From: an uncultured delta proteobacterium
GTDB lineage: Bacteria > Myxococcota > Myxococcia > Myxococcales > Myxococcaceae
DNA length: 64,000 nucleotides
Assembly: GCA_963771175.1 (NCBI GenBank)
Contig: CAVYSY010000024.1
Coordinates: 1 to 64,000 of the forward strand
Reading direction: 5' to 3'
The translations under genes were made by a program, and so were the position numbers. The notes below the pieces were generated by a model. It worked only from the letters and a program-made list of their open reading frames with translations, was not told where the DNA came from and made no database searches. Shown here one piece after another: positions 1-10,318 of the stretch. The stretch's first letter is position 1. Each line of letters opens with the position of its first letter.

Positions 1-327
1 GCCCCCGGCATTGATGCGCGCCTGCTGCGCTCGCTGCGCCGCGGCGACTTCTCCGTGCAGGGGCGCCTGGATCTCCACGGGATGACCCAGGTCGAGGCCA
101 AGGGGGCCGTGGACCGCTTCCTCACCGACAGCCGCCACACCGGCAAGCGCTGCGTGCTCATCGTCCACGGGCGCGGACTGAACTCCAAGGACCAGGTCCC
201 CGTCCTCAAGCAGAGCATCCGGGAGTGGCTGAACCAGAAGCGCATCGGCAAGACGGTGCTCGCGTTCGCGACCGCACGTCCCCAGGACGGAGGCGCGGGC
301 GCCGTCTACGTGCTGCTGCGCCGGTAG
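1..327 (+). CDS. Smr/MutS2-domain protein, C-terminal part (5' truncated by the window edge)
   Basis: Frame is open from base 1. Smr motifs LDLHG, IVHGRG and DGGAGAVYVLLRR are present. Confidence 0.9.
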   Translation, partial: APGIDARLLRSLRRGDFSVQGRLDLHGMTQVEAKGAVDRFLTDSRHTGKRCVLIVHGRGLNSKDQVPVLKQSIREWLNQKRIGKTVLAFATARPQDGGAGAVYVLLRR

Positions 328-363
328 CTGGACGGCCGGGCGGCTCTGTGCATACATGCCGCC

Positions 364-1359
364 ATGGCACGCGAACTCATCGATCTGCACATCCACATGG
401 GCAGCTCCGTAGCTCCCCATGTCCTCTGGTCGCTGGCGCACCAGCAAGGCTTCAAGCTCCCCGTCAAGGACTACTTCGAGTTCGTCGAGCTCATCACCTC
501 GCGCCCCGGCAAGGTGAGCAGCCTCGAGGACTACCTGAAGATCCTCCACACCTGGACGGAGAAGATCCAGAGCTCGCCCATGGCCGTCGAGCGCTCCGTG
601 TACGAGATCATCGGCAAGGAGTACCGCGGCAGCCGCGTCACGCAGATCGAGCTGCGCTTCAACCCGATGAAGCGCAACCTCAACTCGGAGCTCGACCTGG
701 ACCACATCATCCACGCGGCGCTGCGCGGCATGGATCGGGCCATGCTCGAGTACGGAGTGAAGGCGGGCCTCATCTTCTGTCTGGCCCGTGAGTTCGATCA
801 CCGGCTCAACAGCATCCTCGTGGACAAGGCCATCAAGTACCGCAATCGCGGCGTGTACGGCATCGACCTGGCCGGCACGGAGAAGCACGCGCTGGAGCTC
901 GAACCCTCCGTGGTGACGCAGTACGAGGATCTCTTCGCCCACGCTCGCAAGGCCGGCCTCAAGTGCACGGTGCACACCGGGGAGACCCGTGGCACCGGCG
1001 CCGAGGGCGTCATGGCCGTGGTGGAGAAGCTCAAGCCCCACCGCATCGGCCATGGCATCCGTGCCGCCTATGACGAGAAGGCCATGAAGATGCTGCGCGA
1101 GAACAACGTGGTGCTCGAGCTGTGCCCCACGTCCAACCTGCACACCCGCGCGGTGGAGGGGCTCGATGAACTCAAGCACATCATGCGCACCTTCTGGGAC
1201 CGGGGCGTGAAGTTCACCATCAACACCGATGGCACCTACCTCCTGGAGACGGACATGCTCCGCGAGGTGGAGCTCGTCGAGAAGAACGGCCTCCTCTCTT
1301 CCGAGCAGGTGGACCAGACACTCGCCTGGGCTCGCCAGTCCTCCTTCATCCCCGCCTGA
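364..1359 (+). CDS. adenosine/adenine deaminase family protein
   Basis: DLHIH metal motif, ELRFNP, GIDLAG, HTGE, RIGHG, ELCPTSN, INTD. Confidence 0.88.
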   Translation: MARELIDLHIHMGSSVAPHVLWSLAHQQGFKLPVKDYFEFVELITSRPGKVSSLEDYLKILHTWTEKIQSSPMAVERSVYEIIGKEYRGSRVTQIELRFNPMKRNLNSELDLDHIIHAALRGMDRAMLEYGVKAGLIFCLAREFDHRLNSILVDKAIKYRNRGVYGIDLAGTEKHALELEPSVVTQYEDLFAHARKAGLKCTVHTGETRGTGAEGVMAVVEKLKPHRIGHGIRAAYDEKAMKMLRENNVVLELCPTSNLHTRAVEGLDELKHIMRTFWDRGVKFTINTDGTYLLETDMLREVELVEKNGLLSSEQVDQTLAWARQSSFIPA

Positions 1360-1364
1360 GACCC

Positions 1365-2489
1365 ATGTACCGGATCGCCCGCGCCCTTCTCTTCCTCCTC
1401 TCCGCCGAGCGCGCCCACCGGCTGGGGATGACCTTCCTGCGATGGCTCGGGCACCTCCAGGGGCTGTGCCAGCGGATGCGCGCGCGGACGCTCGCCGCCG
1501 TCACCTATGACGCCTCGGTGAAGGTGGCGGGCCTGGAGTTCGTCCACCCGGTGGCGCTCGCCGCGGGCCTCGACAAGGAGGCCGAGGCGGTGGACGGGCT
1601 GCTGGCGCTCGGCTTCGCCGCGGTGGAGGTGGGCACGCTCACCCCGAGGCCCCAGCCGGGCAACCCGCGCCCTCGCCTCTTCCGCATCCCCGAGAACCGC
1701 GCCCTCATCAACCGGATGGGTTTCAACAACCACGGCGCCGCCAATGCCGCCGAGAACCTCCGGGCCCGCACCTGGCACCCCGCCCCGGTGGGGGTGAACA
1801 TCGGCAAGAACAAGGACACGCCGCTGGAGAGCGCGGTGGACGACTACGTGGCGTGCGTGGACACACTGGCCCCGTTCGGGGATTACGTGGTGGTCAACGC
1901 CAGCTCGCCCAACACTCCTGGCCTGCGCAAGCTGCAGGAGCCCGAGGCGCTCGGCGCCCTGCTGCGAGCGGTGAAGGCCCGGCTCACCCAGGTGGCCCCG
2001 GGCAAACCCCTCTTCCTGAAGATTGCCCCGGACCTCACGCCCGAGGCCGTGGACGAGGTGGTGGACGTGGCGCGCGCGTGCGGGCTGGACGGGCTCATCG
2101 CCACCAACACCACCATTGCCCGCCCCTTCGAGCACCCGGTGGCGAAGGAGGCCGGTGGCCTGTCCGGAGCGCCAGTGCGCGAGCCGGCCAACGCAGTCAT
2201 CCGCCGGGCCTATGCGCGCAGCGGGGGCGCACTGCCCATCATCGGCGTGGGTGGCGTCTTCACCGCCGAGGACGTGTACGAGAAGCTGCGGGCCGGGGCC
2301 TCGGTGGTGCAGGTGTACACGGGCTTCATCTACGAGGGCCCGGGCATGGTGCGCCGACTGCTCGAGGGCCTGGGCCCGCTGCTGGCCCGGGACGGCTTCC
2401 GCTCGGTGCGCGAGGCCATCGGCGCGGACCACCGCACCGTGCCGTCAGCCGCCGTGCCCGAGCGCGAGGCGCCGCGTCCCCAGGTCTAG
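1365..2489 (+). CDS. pyrD: quinone-dependent dihydroorotate dehydrogenase (class 2)
   Basis: LAAGLDK, QPGNPRPRLFR, INRMGFNN, NIGKNK, NASSPNTPGLR, GGLSG. Confidence 0.95.
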   Translation: MYRIARALLFLLSAERAHRLGMTFLRWLGHLQGLCQRMRARTLAAVTYDASVKVAGLEFVHPVALAAGLDKEAEAVDGLLALGFAAVEVGTLTPRPQPGNPRPRLFRIPENRALINRMGFNNHGAANAAENLRARTWHPAPVGVNIGKNKDTPLESAVDDYVACVDTLAPFGDYVVVNASSPNTPGLRKLQEPEALGALLRAVKARLTQVAPGKPLFLKIAPDLTPEAVDEVVDVARACGLDGLIATNTTIARPFEHPVAKEAGGLSGAPVREPANAVIRRAYARSGGALPIIGVGGVFTAEDVYEKLRAGASVVQVYTGFIYEGPGMVRRLLEGLGPLLARDGFRSVREAIGADHRTVPSAAVPEREAPRPQV

Positions 2490-2611
2490 CAACCCGCCCC
2501 TCCTCTGCTCCTCCATGCGCAACACCTGAAGGCACTCCTGCGCCAGGGCTCAGCCCTCCGCGCTCGGAAGGAGGAAGGAGCAGGTGCTACCCTGGCCGGG
2601 TGAGGCGCCGC

Positions 2612-3610
2612 ATGTCACGCTGGGTAGCGCTGCTGCTTTTCATGCTCCTTGCAGGGTGTAGCGCCACCACACGCGGCGTCCGTCCCCGCACCGGCCAGGA
2701 CACGCTCAGGTTGGGCCTGCCCGTGGCGCCGCAGGCCCCACCCCCGCCCACACCGCTCCAGGGCATTGCCGGCGAGGGCCTGGGTAATGGCCTTCCACGC
2801 GCTGTGCTCCGGCTCGTCCCCCAAGGCTCCACCACTGCGGCAGAAGCAGTGACTGGTGCCGCCACGGGCGAGGCTCTCGTGGCGGGCGGCGCGCTGGTGG
2901 CGGCAGGCGGCAGCGTGGTCCTGGTCTGTTTGACCGTCAAGGCAGCCCTGGACGGGAGACAGACGCCACTCGACATCGCCGACACGTTCTACGGCACGCA
3001 TTTCGGCGACCTTCAGGGGTGGACCCAAGGCTGCTATGCACCCAAGGTCACGGTGCACCCGGGCACACCTGAGCGCACGCCTGAGCTGAAACCGACATCC
3101 GAGCCTCACGCGCCTCCCACTCCCGGGTCACGCGCCGAAAAAGGCAGAAACACAAAGCGTCTGGGTCGCATCTATGTGACCTACACGAAATCCCACAAAA
3201 CAACCAAACGCTCATACTCGGGCCGAACAAGCATGGCCATTGACCTGAATAAAGATTTGGAAGCACAAGCCAACCTGGCTGTTGCCGCGCGTGATCTGAA
3301 CCATCACATCAACCAAGACGAAAACGATGAACCGAAAGGCCCTGGGTTCCTGCCGGCCGTGCGTGACGAGTTCGATGTCGGAACCGCAGTCAACTATGCA
3401 AGCAGATATGGCGACGTCGCTTACTGGCGGATCCGCGGGAGAGAGCAGCAGTTGATCGATTTCCATGGGGGCGCTCAGTCCGATAATCAAGCACCGTATC
3501 GCACCGAGAACGCCCAGCGCGGCGTGGCGAAAGACAATCCGCTGGGCAGGCTGTTTCACGATGCCGCCACGAAGCACTGGGGGCAGCTCCACCCCTACAC
3601 CGGAGACTGA
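2612..3610 (+). CDS. lipoprotein polymorphic toxin (SitA-like) with a C-terminal URI/GIY-YIG-like nuclease domain
   Basis: ATG 2612 gives MSRWVALLLFMLLAGC (lipobox), then a hydrophobic Gly/Ala segment. The C-terminus reads IYVTYTK...YSGRTS...RGREQQLID. An immunity-like gene follows immediately. Confidence 0.7.
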   Translation: MSRWVALLLFMLLAGCSATTRGVRPRTGQDTLRLGLPVAPQAPPPPTPLQGIAGEGLGNGLPRAVLRLVPQGSTTAAEAVTGAATGEALVAGGALVAAGGSVVLVCLTVKAALDGRQTPLDIADTFYGTHFGDLQGWTQGCYAPKVTVHPGTPERTPELKPTSEPHAPPTPGSRAEKGRNTKRLGRIYVTYTKSHKTTKRSYSGRTSMAIDLNKDLEAQANLAVAARDLNHHINQDENDEPKGPGFLPAVRDEFDVGTAVNYASRYGDVAYWRIRGREQQLIDFHGGAQSDNQAPYRTENAQRGVAKDNPLGRLFHDAATKHWGQLHPYTGD

Positions 3611-3613
3611 GAG

Positions 3614-4072
3614 TTGGGCAAACAGAGATTCAAGACAGGCACGTTTGTCAGACTGACGCTCGCCGATGGCTCCTTCGGATACGGGAGACTGCTGGAATCA
3701 CCCCATGTTGCCTTCTACAATCACAGAACCCCGAACCCAGACTCTGATTTGGACCGGATTGCCTCAAAGCCCGTCCTCTTCAAGGTTGCCGTCAACCTGC
3801 TGGCCCTGAATGCGTGGGAGCCCATCGGATGGAGAGCGCTCGAGGAGCGCCTGACCCAGCCGCTCGTTCAGTTCAGGCAGGACGTGGGCGACTTCCGTCG
3901 CTGCACCATCTTCGACACCGTAGGCAACAAGAGAACCGCCGAGCCCCAGGAATGTGTGGGGCTCGAGCGGGCCGCGGTCTGGGAACAAGAGTCCGTCGAG
4001 GAACGCCTGCTCGATGCCTTCCTGGGGCGGCCCAACGCCGCTGAGGAGCACCTGAAGGTACGCCTGCGCTAG
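3614..4072 (+). CDS. immunity protein, Imm26 family
   Basis: N-terminus KTGTFVRLTLADGSFGYGRLL and later GLERAAVW...VEERL resemble Imm26. Starts 3 nt after the toxin stop. Confidence 0.75.
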   Translation: MGKQRFKTGTFVRLTLADGSFGYGRLLESPHVAFYNHRTPNPDSDLDRIASKPVLFKVAVNLLALNAWEPIGWRALEERLTQPLVQFRQDVGDFRRCTIFDTVGNKRTAEPQECVGLERAAVWEQESVEERLLDAFLGRPNAAEEHLKVRLR

Positions 4073-4217
4073 AACTGAGAGGGTGTTGAACTGGGGCAAT
4101 CAGGCGAGTCGGCGGAGCATGAGCCGGCTCACAGGTCCGGTGCGAGGCAATGGGTTGGTTCCGGCATTGCGGAACCCGACCGAGGGGCTCCATGACACCT
4201 TCCCGAAGCTCCTCCCG

Positions 4218-4721
4218 TCAGTAGCTCGTGCCGTCCCAGAGGTGGATTTCCTCCTCCCGGGTAATGCCAAGGTCGGTGGGTCGCACGGCCCCCTCCTCCT
4301 CGGGTCTCCAATAGGTGATGGCGCACTGGTCCGTGGTCACCGTCGCCACGGGGAAGGAGTGGAACCCCTGGTGCAGCTTGCCCTCGACGGGGCCGTACTC
4401 CGCCTCCGAGGTCTTGTCGCACTCGATGTTGCGATCGGTCTCCAGGAGCGTGAATTCCAGCACGCTCCGGGGCCCCTCCTCCGACAGGTGGAGCAGCTTC
4501 ATCCGTGTGCGCTCCCGCGCCACGTACGTCTCCCCGCTCGGGTCTTCCTCCTCCTTCTGGAACGAGGAGGTGACGGCGGCCGCCGCCTCCCGCGGCTTCT
4601 TGCCTCCGCCCCAGATGAGGACCTCGCGCTGGGCCCCGTGCGCCAGCGGGGAGACACCGCTGACCAGCAACAGGCCCAGGGTGATGAACGTGAAGCGTGT
4701 GCACATGCCGGACTCCTCCAA
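4218..4721 (-). CDS. hypothetical exported protein (possibly truncated or chimeric)
   Basis: Signal-peptide-like FTFITLGLLLVSGVSPLAHG followed by an LIWGGG motif. Function unknown. Confidence 0.45.
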   Translation of the reverse strand: MEESGMCTRFTFITLGLLLVSGVSPLAHGAQREVLIWGGGKKPREAAAAVTSSFQKEEEDPSGETYVARERTRMKLLHLSEEGPRSVLEFTLLETDRNIECDKTSEAEYGPVEGKLHQGFHSFPVATVTTDQCAITYWRPEEEGAVRPTDLGITREEEIHLWDGTSY

Positions 4722-4841
4722 CCCATGACCTCGAGTTCACTTCGTCCAGAAGTGTACCCGTGGAGGAGGCCGACCCAGGCGCACTGGACGGGTGCCCACC
4801 AGGCACATACGTTGCACGCCCCTGTCAAGAGGCTCACCGCC

Positions 4842-6108
4842 ATGAACAAACACTCCAGTAATCCCGAGAACCACGAAACGATGTCTGGGCAACCCCGCGC
4901 CATCGGCAGCGGCGGATTCTCCCAGACGCGGCTCGCGCGAATGCACGAAACCATGCGACGGCACGTCGAAACGGGCCGGATTCCCGGTCTCGTCACGCTC
5001 GTGTATCACCGCGGGCGCGAGCACGTGGACACGCTCGGCACCATGGCCTTCAACAGCAATGTGCCGATGCAGCGAAATACGATCTTCCGGCTCGCCTCCA
5101 ATACGAAACCGCTCACGGCGGTAGCGACCATGATGCTCGTGGAGGAATGCAAGCTCAGGCTCGACGACCCCGTCGACGAATGGCTTCCCGAACTGAAAGA
5201 CCGTCAGGTCCTGCGGACAATCGACAGCCCACTGGACGACACGGTCCCCGCGAAGCGCCGGATCACGGTGCGCGATCTCCTCACGTTCCGCTCGGGCTAC
5301 GGTGAAGTCGGCTTCTTCTCGCCAACATGTCCCCTCCAGAAGGCGATGATGGAAGCGCGATTACCTCTGTGCGAATGGATTTTCCCCGGCACACCCGACG
5401 AGTTCATGAAGCGCTTGGGTAACCTGCCGCTCGCTTTCCAACCCGGCGAACGATGGCAGTACCACATGAGCGCCGAGATACTCGGCGTGCTGATCGCTCG
5501 CGTCTCGGGCAAGTCGTTCGGGACATTCCTTCGCGAGCGCCTGTTTGAGCCGCTCGGGATGAAGGACACTGGCTTCTTCGTACCCGAAGCCATGCTCGAT
5601 CGACTCCCGACCTGCTACGGCACGAACTTTCCCGGCACTGAGCTCATTGTGTTGGACGAGGCGCGCGGCGGCCAGATGGCGCGTGCACCGCTCTTCGAAG
5701 CCGGAGCTGGGGGGCTCGTCTCGACCGTGGACGACATGCTCGCCTTCGGCCAGATGATGCTGAACAACGGCGTGTACGGCCGTGAGCGAATCCTTTCGCG
5801 GCCCACGATCGAGCTGATGACCACAGACCATTCTCACGCCCGAGCAGAAGGCAGCCTCGCCGTTCTTCGAAGACTACTGGAATGACCACGGCTGGGGCCT
5901 CGGTTTGGGATTGGTCACCCGGCGCAGCGATGTAGCCAACGTGCCTGGACGCTACGGATGGGACGGCGCCTTCGGCACTTCCTGGCACGTCGACCCGAAG
6001 GAACAGTTGGTGGGGATTCTGATGCTCCAACGTCGGCCAGACGTCCTGCGTATTCCCAACGTCACTCTCGATTTCTGGACCTCAGCCTACCAATTGATCG
6101 ACGACTGA
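4842..6108 (+). CDS. serine hydrolase, beta-lactamase class C-like; frameshift near 5830
   Basis: FRLASNTK (SxxK), LLTFRSG, FQPGERWQY, LFEPLGMKDT. The C-terminus (YGWDGAFGT) continues in the frame of ORF 5905..6108. Confidence 0.85.
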
Positions 6109-6157
6109 AACCGCCGCAGGGTGTACCCGGGGCTCGGAGGAGGGGCCCGAGTCAGGT

Positions 6158-6688
6158 CTACTGGGCGAGGTCGAAGAACGGCACCTCGCCGAGGAAATCC
6201 CCCTTGCCCACGTCGACGCCGTTGTGGCGCAGGATGGAGTAGGCGGTCGTAGCGTGGAAATAGAAGTTCGGCAGGGCGAACGTGATCAGGTAGTCGTTTG
6301 CCTTCAGGGCCTTGCCCGGCCGGAAAGGCAGGGTGATGGTCCGCTCGGCCGCGCCCTGGAACTGCTGCGGCGTGAGCGTCTTCAGGAAGGCAATCGTCTT
6401 GTCGATGCGCGCCCGCAGCTCCTCGACCGTCTTCTCGGTGTCCTCGAACACCGGAGGCTGGACGCCGGCGAGGCGCGCGCCGAGGCCCTTGGCGTTGTCG
6501 GTGATGACCTGGATCTGCCGCACCAGGGGGAACTGGTCGGGCGCGAGACGCGCGGTCAGGAGCACGTTGACGTCGAACTTCTTCTGGTTGGCGTGCGCCT
6601 GCGCCTTGTCGAACCAGCAGTGGACCTGGCCCAGGATGCGGATGAGCTGCGGAACGGTGAAGTCGTAGAGGTTCATGGTCGTCTCCAT
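6158..6688 (-). CDS. DUF1993 family protein
   Basis: ARLAPDQFPLVRQIQ and LPNFYFHATTAYSILRHNGVDVGKGDFLG. Confidence 0.9.
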   Translation of the reverse strand: METTMNLYDFTVPQLIRILGQVHCWFDKAQAHANQKKFDVNVLLTARLAPDQFPLVRQIQVITDNAKGLGARLAGVQPPVFEDTEKTVEELRARIDKTIAFLKTLTPQQFQGAAERTITLPFRPGKALKANDYLITFALPNFYFHATTAYSILRHNGVDVGKGDFLGEVPFFDLAQ

Positions 6689-6756
6689 CAGAGGCCACGA
6701 GACTTAGCACCTTGCAAGGCGCAAAGGCGGCCGCAGCGCTTCCCATTCTCCGGGCT

Positions 6757-9208
6757 TCAGCCCTCCCCCTGCACGCCCCCCTCCCCGGCCCCGCTCCTCC
6801 GGGGCTTCTGGTGCGCGCCAGCGTGAGCCGGTTGCCCATGGGCTCCACTCTTGTCAGGAGCCGTCGCCGGCGATTTCCCTCTCCGCCGTCGCCGCCGCCT
6901 TTTCAACGGAGCGCCCCCGGACTGTCCTCCGAGCTCTCGCAGAACCCGCGTGCGAACACCGCCCTCCAGACGCAGCTCTTGCATGAGCGTGTGCACCTGC
7001 TGAGCACCGTGCGGGTGGCGCAGCGCCTCGCTGAGCCGCTCGACGACATCAATCCGCAACGCCACGGTACCGAGCACTTCATATCCGAAGGCTCGCGCAT
7101 CCCGGCCGCCAAGTTCCGCGACATCGAGCACCGGTTCTCGCGGAACGCCCTTGGGTGACGGACTCTGCTGGAACAGCGCCGTCAGCATGCAGCGCCGTTC
7201 AAGCGCATGCGGTGCGAGCGCCTCGGCGACGTAGAGGAAGCGCTGTCCCTCGCGGACGCCCAGCGCCCTCAAGCGCTCTCGTGCCTCATCGTCCAGGAGC
7301 CGCCACTGCTCGCGCGCCTCACCTTGGGAAATCACTCCCAGCCCCTCGGCCAGGCGGTAGGCGAGGCCACGCATCGCCGCGGAGCGATCCCCTCCGGTGA
7401 GGGCCTCGGCTGGAAAGCCTCCCATGGCGTCGGTGACGAGGTCCCGCGCCAGCGCCACCAAACGGCGCTCGAGCCGCCGCCGCGCGCCTCCGGTCCAAAC
7501 CTCCGGCTCCGCCAGCGCGATCTGCGGTGAGCGCCGGTCCTTCCCGCGCACCAGACGGGCCAGCGGCTGCCCTTCGAACGAGATGCTTCCTGACGCGTCC
7601 ACCTGGAAGGCTTCATGCGTCGCGTCGACCACCCGCTGGACGAACTGCTCCTCTGTCATCGCGGCGCCGTCAGCGCCCGACGCCTCGCCCAGCAGGAGCC
7701 CCAATTTGGCGAAGGGGCTGTCCGACGCGGGCGGAGGGCTGTGCGGTGGCTCTCACGAATCGGCGTGCACTCCTCCGTGCGGCCCGTTGCACGAAGCGCT
7801 CCACGAGCCGCTCATGAAGGGCGTCGCCCAACGCGTCCTCGATGCGGCGGGTGCGCTCCTGCCACTGCTCGGCGTCGTGCAGCCAGCTCGAACGATGACT
7901 GATGTACGTCCAGATGCGGATGGCGGCCAGCCGGTCCATCAGTGTGTGGATGTCTCCGGAAACATCATCGAGCGGCGACACCTGTCTGGCCAGCCAGGCC
8001 TGTTCCAGCGTCCCGTCACCCTCGGAGAGCTGAAGGAAGGTCTCACGCAACAGCGCGACGTGCGAACCGAAGAGACCTTTGCGAAAATCCGGAATCTGGC
8101 AGACCTGCCACAGCAATTCGACCATGGCTCGGTCGGTGGCGACCTCTCGAATGGCTGGAACGCGCGAGAGTTCCCTGAGCGCATCGAAGTCGTCCGCGCG
8201 TTCCACCCGGATGAAGGCACTGTGGCGCGGAGCTCGCGACAACGAATCCAGCAGGGACTCCGGGCTCGAGAAATCGAGCGCTTCATTGCGCCAGATGAGA
8301 CTTCGTACCGCCGGGAACCGGTGTGACTCGATGGCCGAGACCACCCGCGGAGGCAGCTCGGACAGCGTGTTCAGGGTTCCGAAACTCCCGTCATTCAGGT
8401 GGCGCCCCGCGCGGCCCGCGATCTGGGCCAGTTCGTCCGGGAAGAGGTCTCGCTGCTCGGCGCCGTCGAACTTGGAGAGCGCCGCGAAGGCAACGTGGTT
8501 GAGGTCGAGGTTCAGTCCCATCCCAATGGCATCGGTGGCCACGAGGTACTGAACCTCCCCTGCCTGGTACATCGCCACCTGTGCATTCCGCGTCCTCGGG
8601 GAGAGCGCTCCCAGCACCACGGCAACCCCGCCACGGAGGCGGCGCAGCGCTTCGGCGAGCTCGTACACGCGGTCCGCGGAGAACGCGACCACGGCCGAGC
8701 GCGGAGGAAGGCTCTTCAGGGAGCGAGGCCCGGAATAGCGAAGCTGAGACAGGCGGGTGGCGCGCTTCAACGAAGCATGGGGGATGAGCGCCTGGACCAT
8801 CGGCCGCATCGTGTCCGCGCCGAGGAACCAGGTTTCCCGGCGCCCCCGCGCATGGAGCAATCGATCGGTGAAGACGTGCCCGCGTTCGCGGTGGGCGGCG
8901 AGCTGGATTTCATCCACGGCGAGGAAGTCGACCGGTCGATCGGTCGGCATCGCCTCGACCGTACAAATCCAATAATCGGGGCGTGGCGGCAGGCGCTTCT
9001 CTTCCCCCGTCATCAGTGCGACCCGCCCCTCGCCCACTCGAGCGGTCACCCGGTCGTAGACTTCGCGAGCGAGCAGGCGAAGCGGCAAACCGATCATGCC
9101 CGTGTCGTGCGCGAGCATGCGCTCGATGGCGCGGTGGGTCTTCCCCGTATTCGTGGGCCCCAGCTCCGCCACGACGACGGACGACCGGCTGGATGGGCTG
9201 GAGTTCAT
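6757..9208 (-). CDS. Suv3/MgpS-like SF2 helicase; frameshift near 7700
   Basis: GPTNTGKT (Walker A), VDEIQ, VATDAIGMGLN, QIAGRAGR. The C-terminal part is in ORF 6757..7704 and has an Arg-rich tail. Confidence 0.88.
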
Positions 9209-9447
9209 TGGCGAAGTCTAACCTCGAAGCAGGCCCTCCGCCCTAGGGGCTGGCCCACCGAGAGGCCGAGCACGGCTCCCTTGAGGCAGGCGTGTGCCCA
9301 AGGGGGGCTGCACCTCCTCTACAACGGCCCCGCGCTCAGCCCGGGGGCTCCCGTCAGCGGCCCTCCCCTTCCGCTCTGCTCTGGCGACATGCCCCGGGGT
9401 TCGCAGCTCATGCGCCGGGCATATCGTCCGGTGTACCCTGGGCGCGC

Positions 9448-10236
9448 ATGTCCCTGAGCCCCCCTTGGAGCGCCGCCTGGCTTGCCTGCTTGTTCATCGC
9501 CCTGCCGTTGCAGGGCGCCATCGCCGCCGAGAAGGCCAGGCCACCCGTGCGGCGTGAGGAGCGCGTCACCTTCGCGGTGGACGCCGCGTTCCAGGCGCGC
9601 GGAGGCGTCCAGTACTTCTATGAGCTCATCGACCAGGACAAGGACGCCCTGGCCCGTGAGTCCTTCGCGAAGCTCCAGCCGCTGGACGTGCGCGGACGCT
9701 GGGCGGGCCGCAAGGAGCCGCTCCACGTCATCGTGAGCCGCATCGTCTATACCCTCGACAAGGACGTGGCCTTCTTCACCGCCGAGCGAGTGAGGGACGT
9801 CGAGTACATGAACACCATACTCCCGGGCGCCGACATCCGGCAGAAGGCCCCCGGCCAGTACACCGTGGCGAAGATGCCCGCCAACAGCTTCACCCTGCGC
9901 TACCTGGGGCGCGAGGCGTTCACCGCAACACCTCGGGACGCGGCGCTGGAGCGCTTCCTGTCGCTCACTCCGGAGCTCGGCCTCCCGGACTCGGTGGTGG
10001 TGCAGGAGAACTTCGACTTCGCGCGTGTCATGGGGGCGCGCACCAGCGCCCTGAGCGTCACCTGGACGGCGCATTACCCGCTGGCCCCGGGCCGCACCCG
10101 CGTCGCCGTGTGCACCATGAGCCTACTCTACAACCTGCCGCCCTTCTTCCTCGGCGGCAAGCAACGCGTGCACGACGAGGCCCTCGGCGGCGCGCTGATG
10201 CTCATCCAGGCCCTCCGCGCCTACACGGTGGACTGA
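9448..10236 (+). CDS. hypothetical secreted protein
   Basis: Signal-peptide-like N-terminus and high-GC3 codon usage. No family recognised. Confidence 0.65.
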   Translation: MSLSPPWSAAWLACLFIALPLQGAIAAEKARPPVRREERVTFAVDAAFQARGGVQYFYELIDQDKDALARESFAKLQPLDVRGRWAGRKEPLHVIVSRIVYTLDKDVAFFTAERVRDVEYMNTILPGADIRQKAPGQYTVAKMPANSFTLRYLGREAFTATPRDAALERFLSLTPELGLPDSVVVQENFDFARVMGARTSALSVTWTAHYPLAPGRTRVAVCTMSLLYNLPPFFLGGKQRVHDEALGGALMLIQALRAYTVD

Positions 10237-10318
10237 CGCACCGAATCCCCCCCACGAAACTTTCCGCTGCGGTCGTGCGACAATTCCACAACCCCCCTGC
10301 ACTGAGCCCGAGCCCCCC

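Noticed and set aside
1853..2611. N-terminal extension of the 585-aa ORF
   Set aside because: It overlaps pyrD out of frame. The lipoprotein signal marks the start at 2612.
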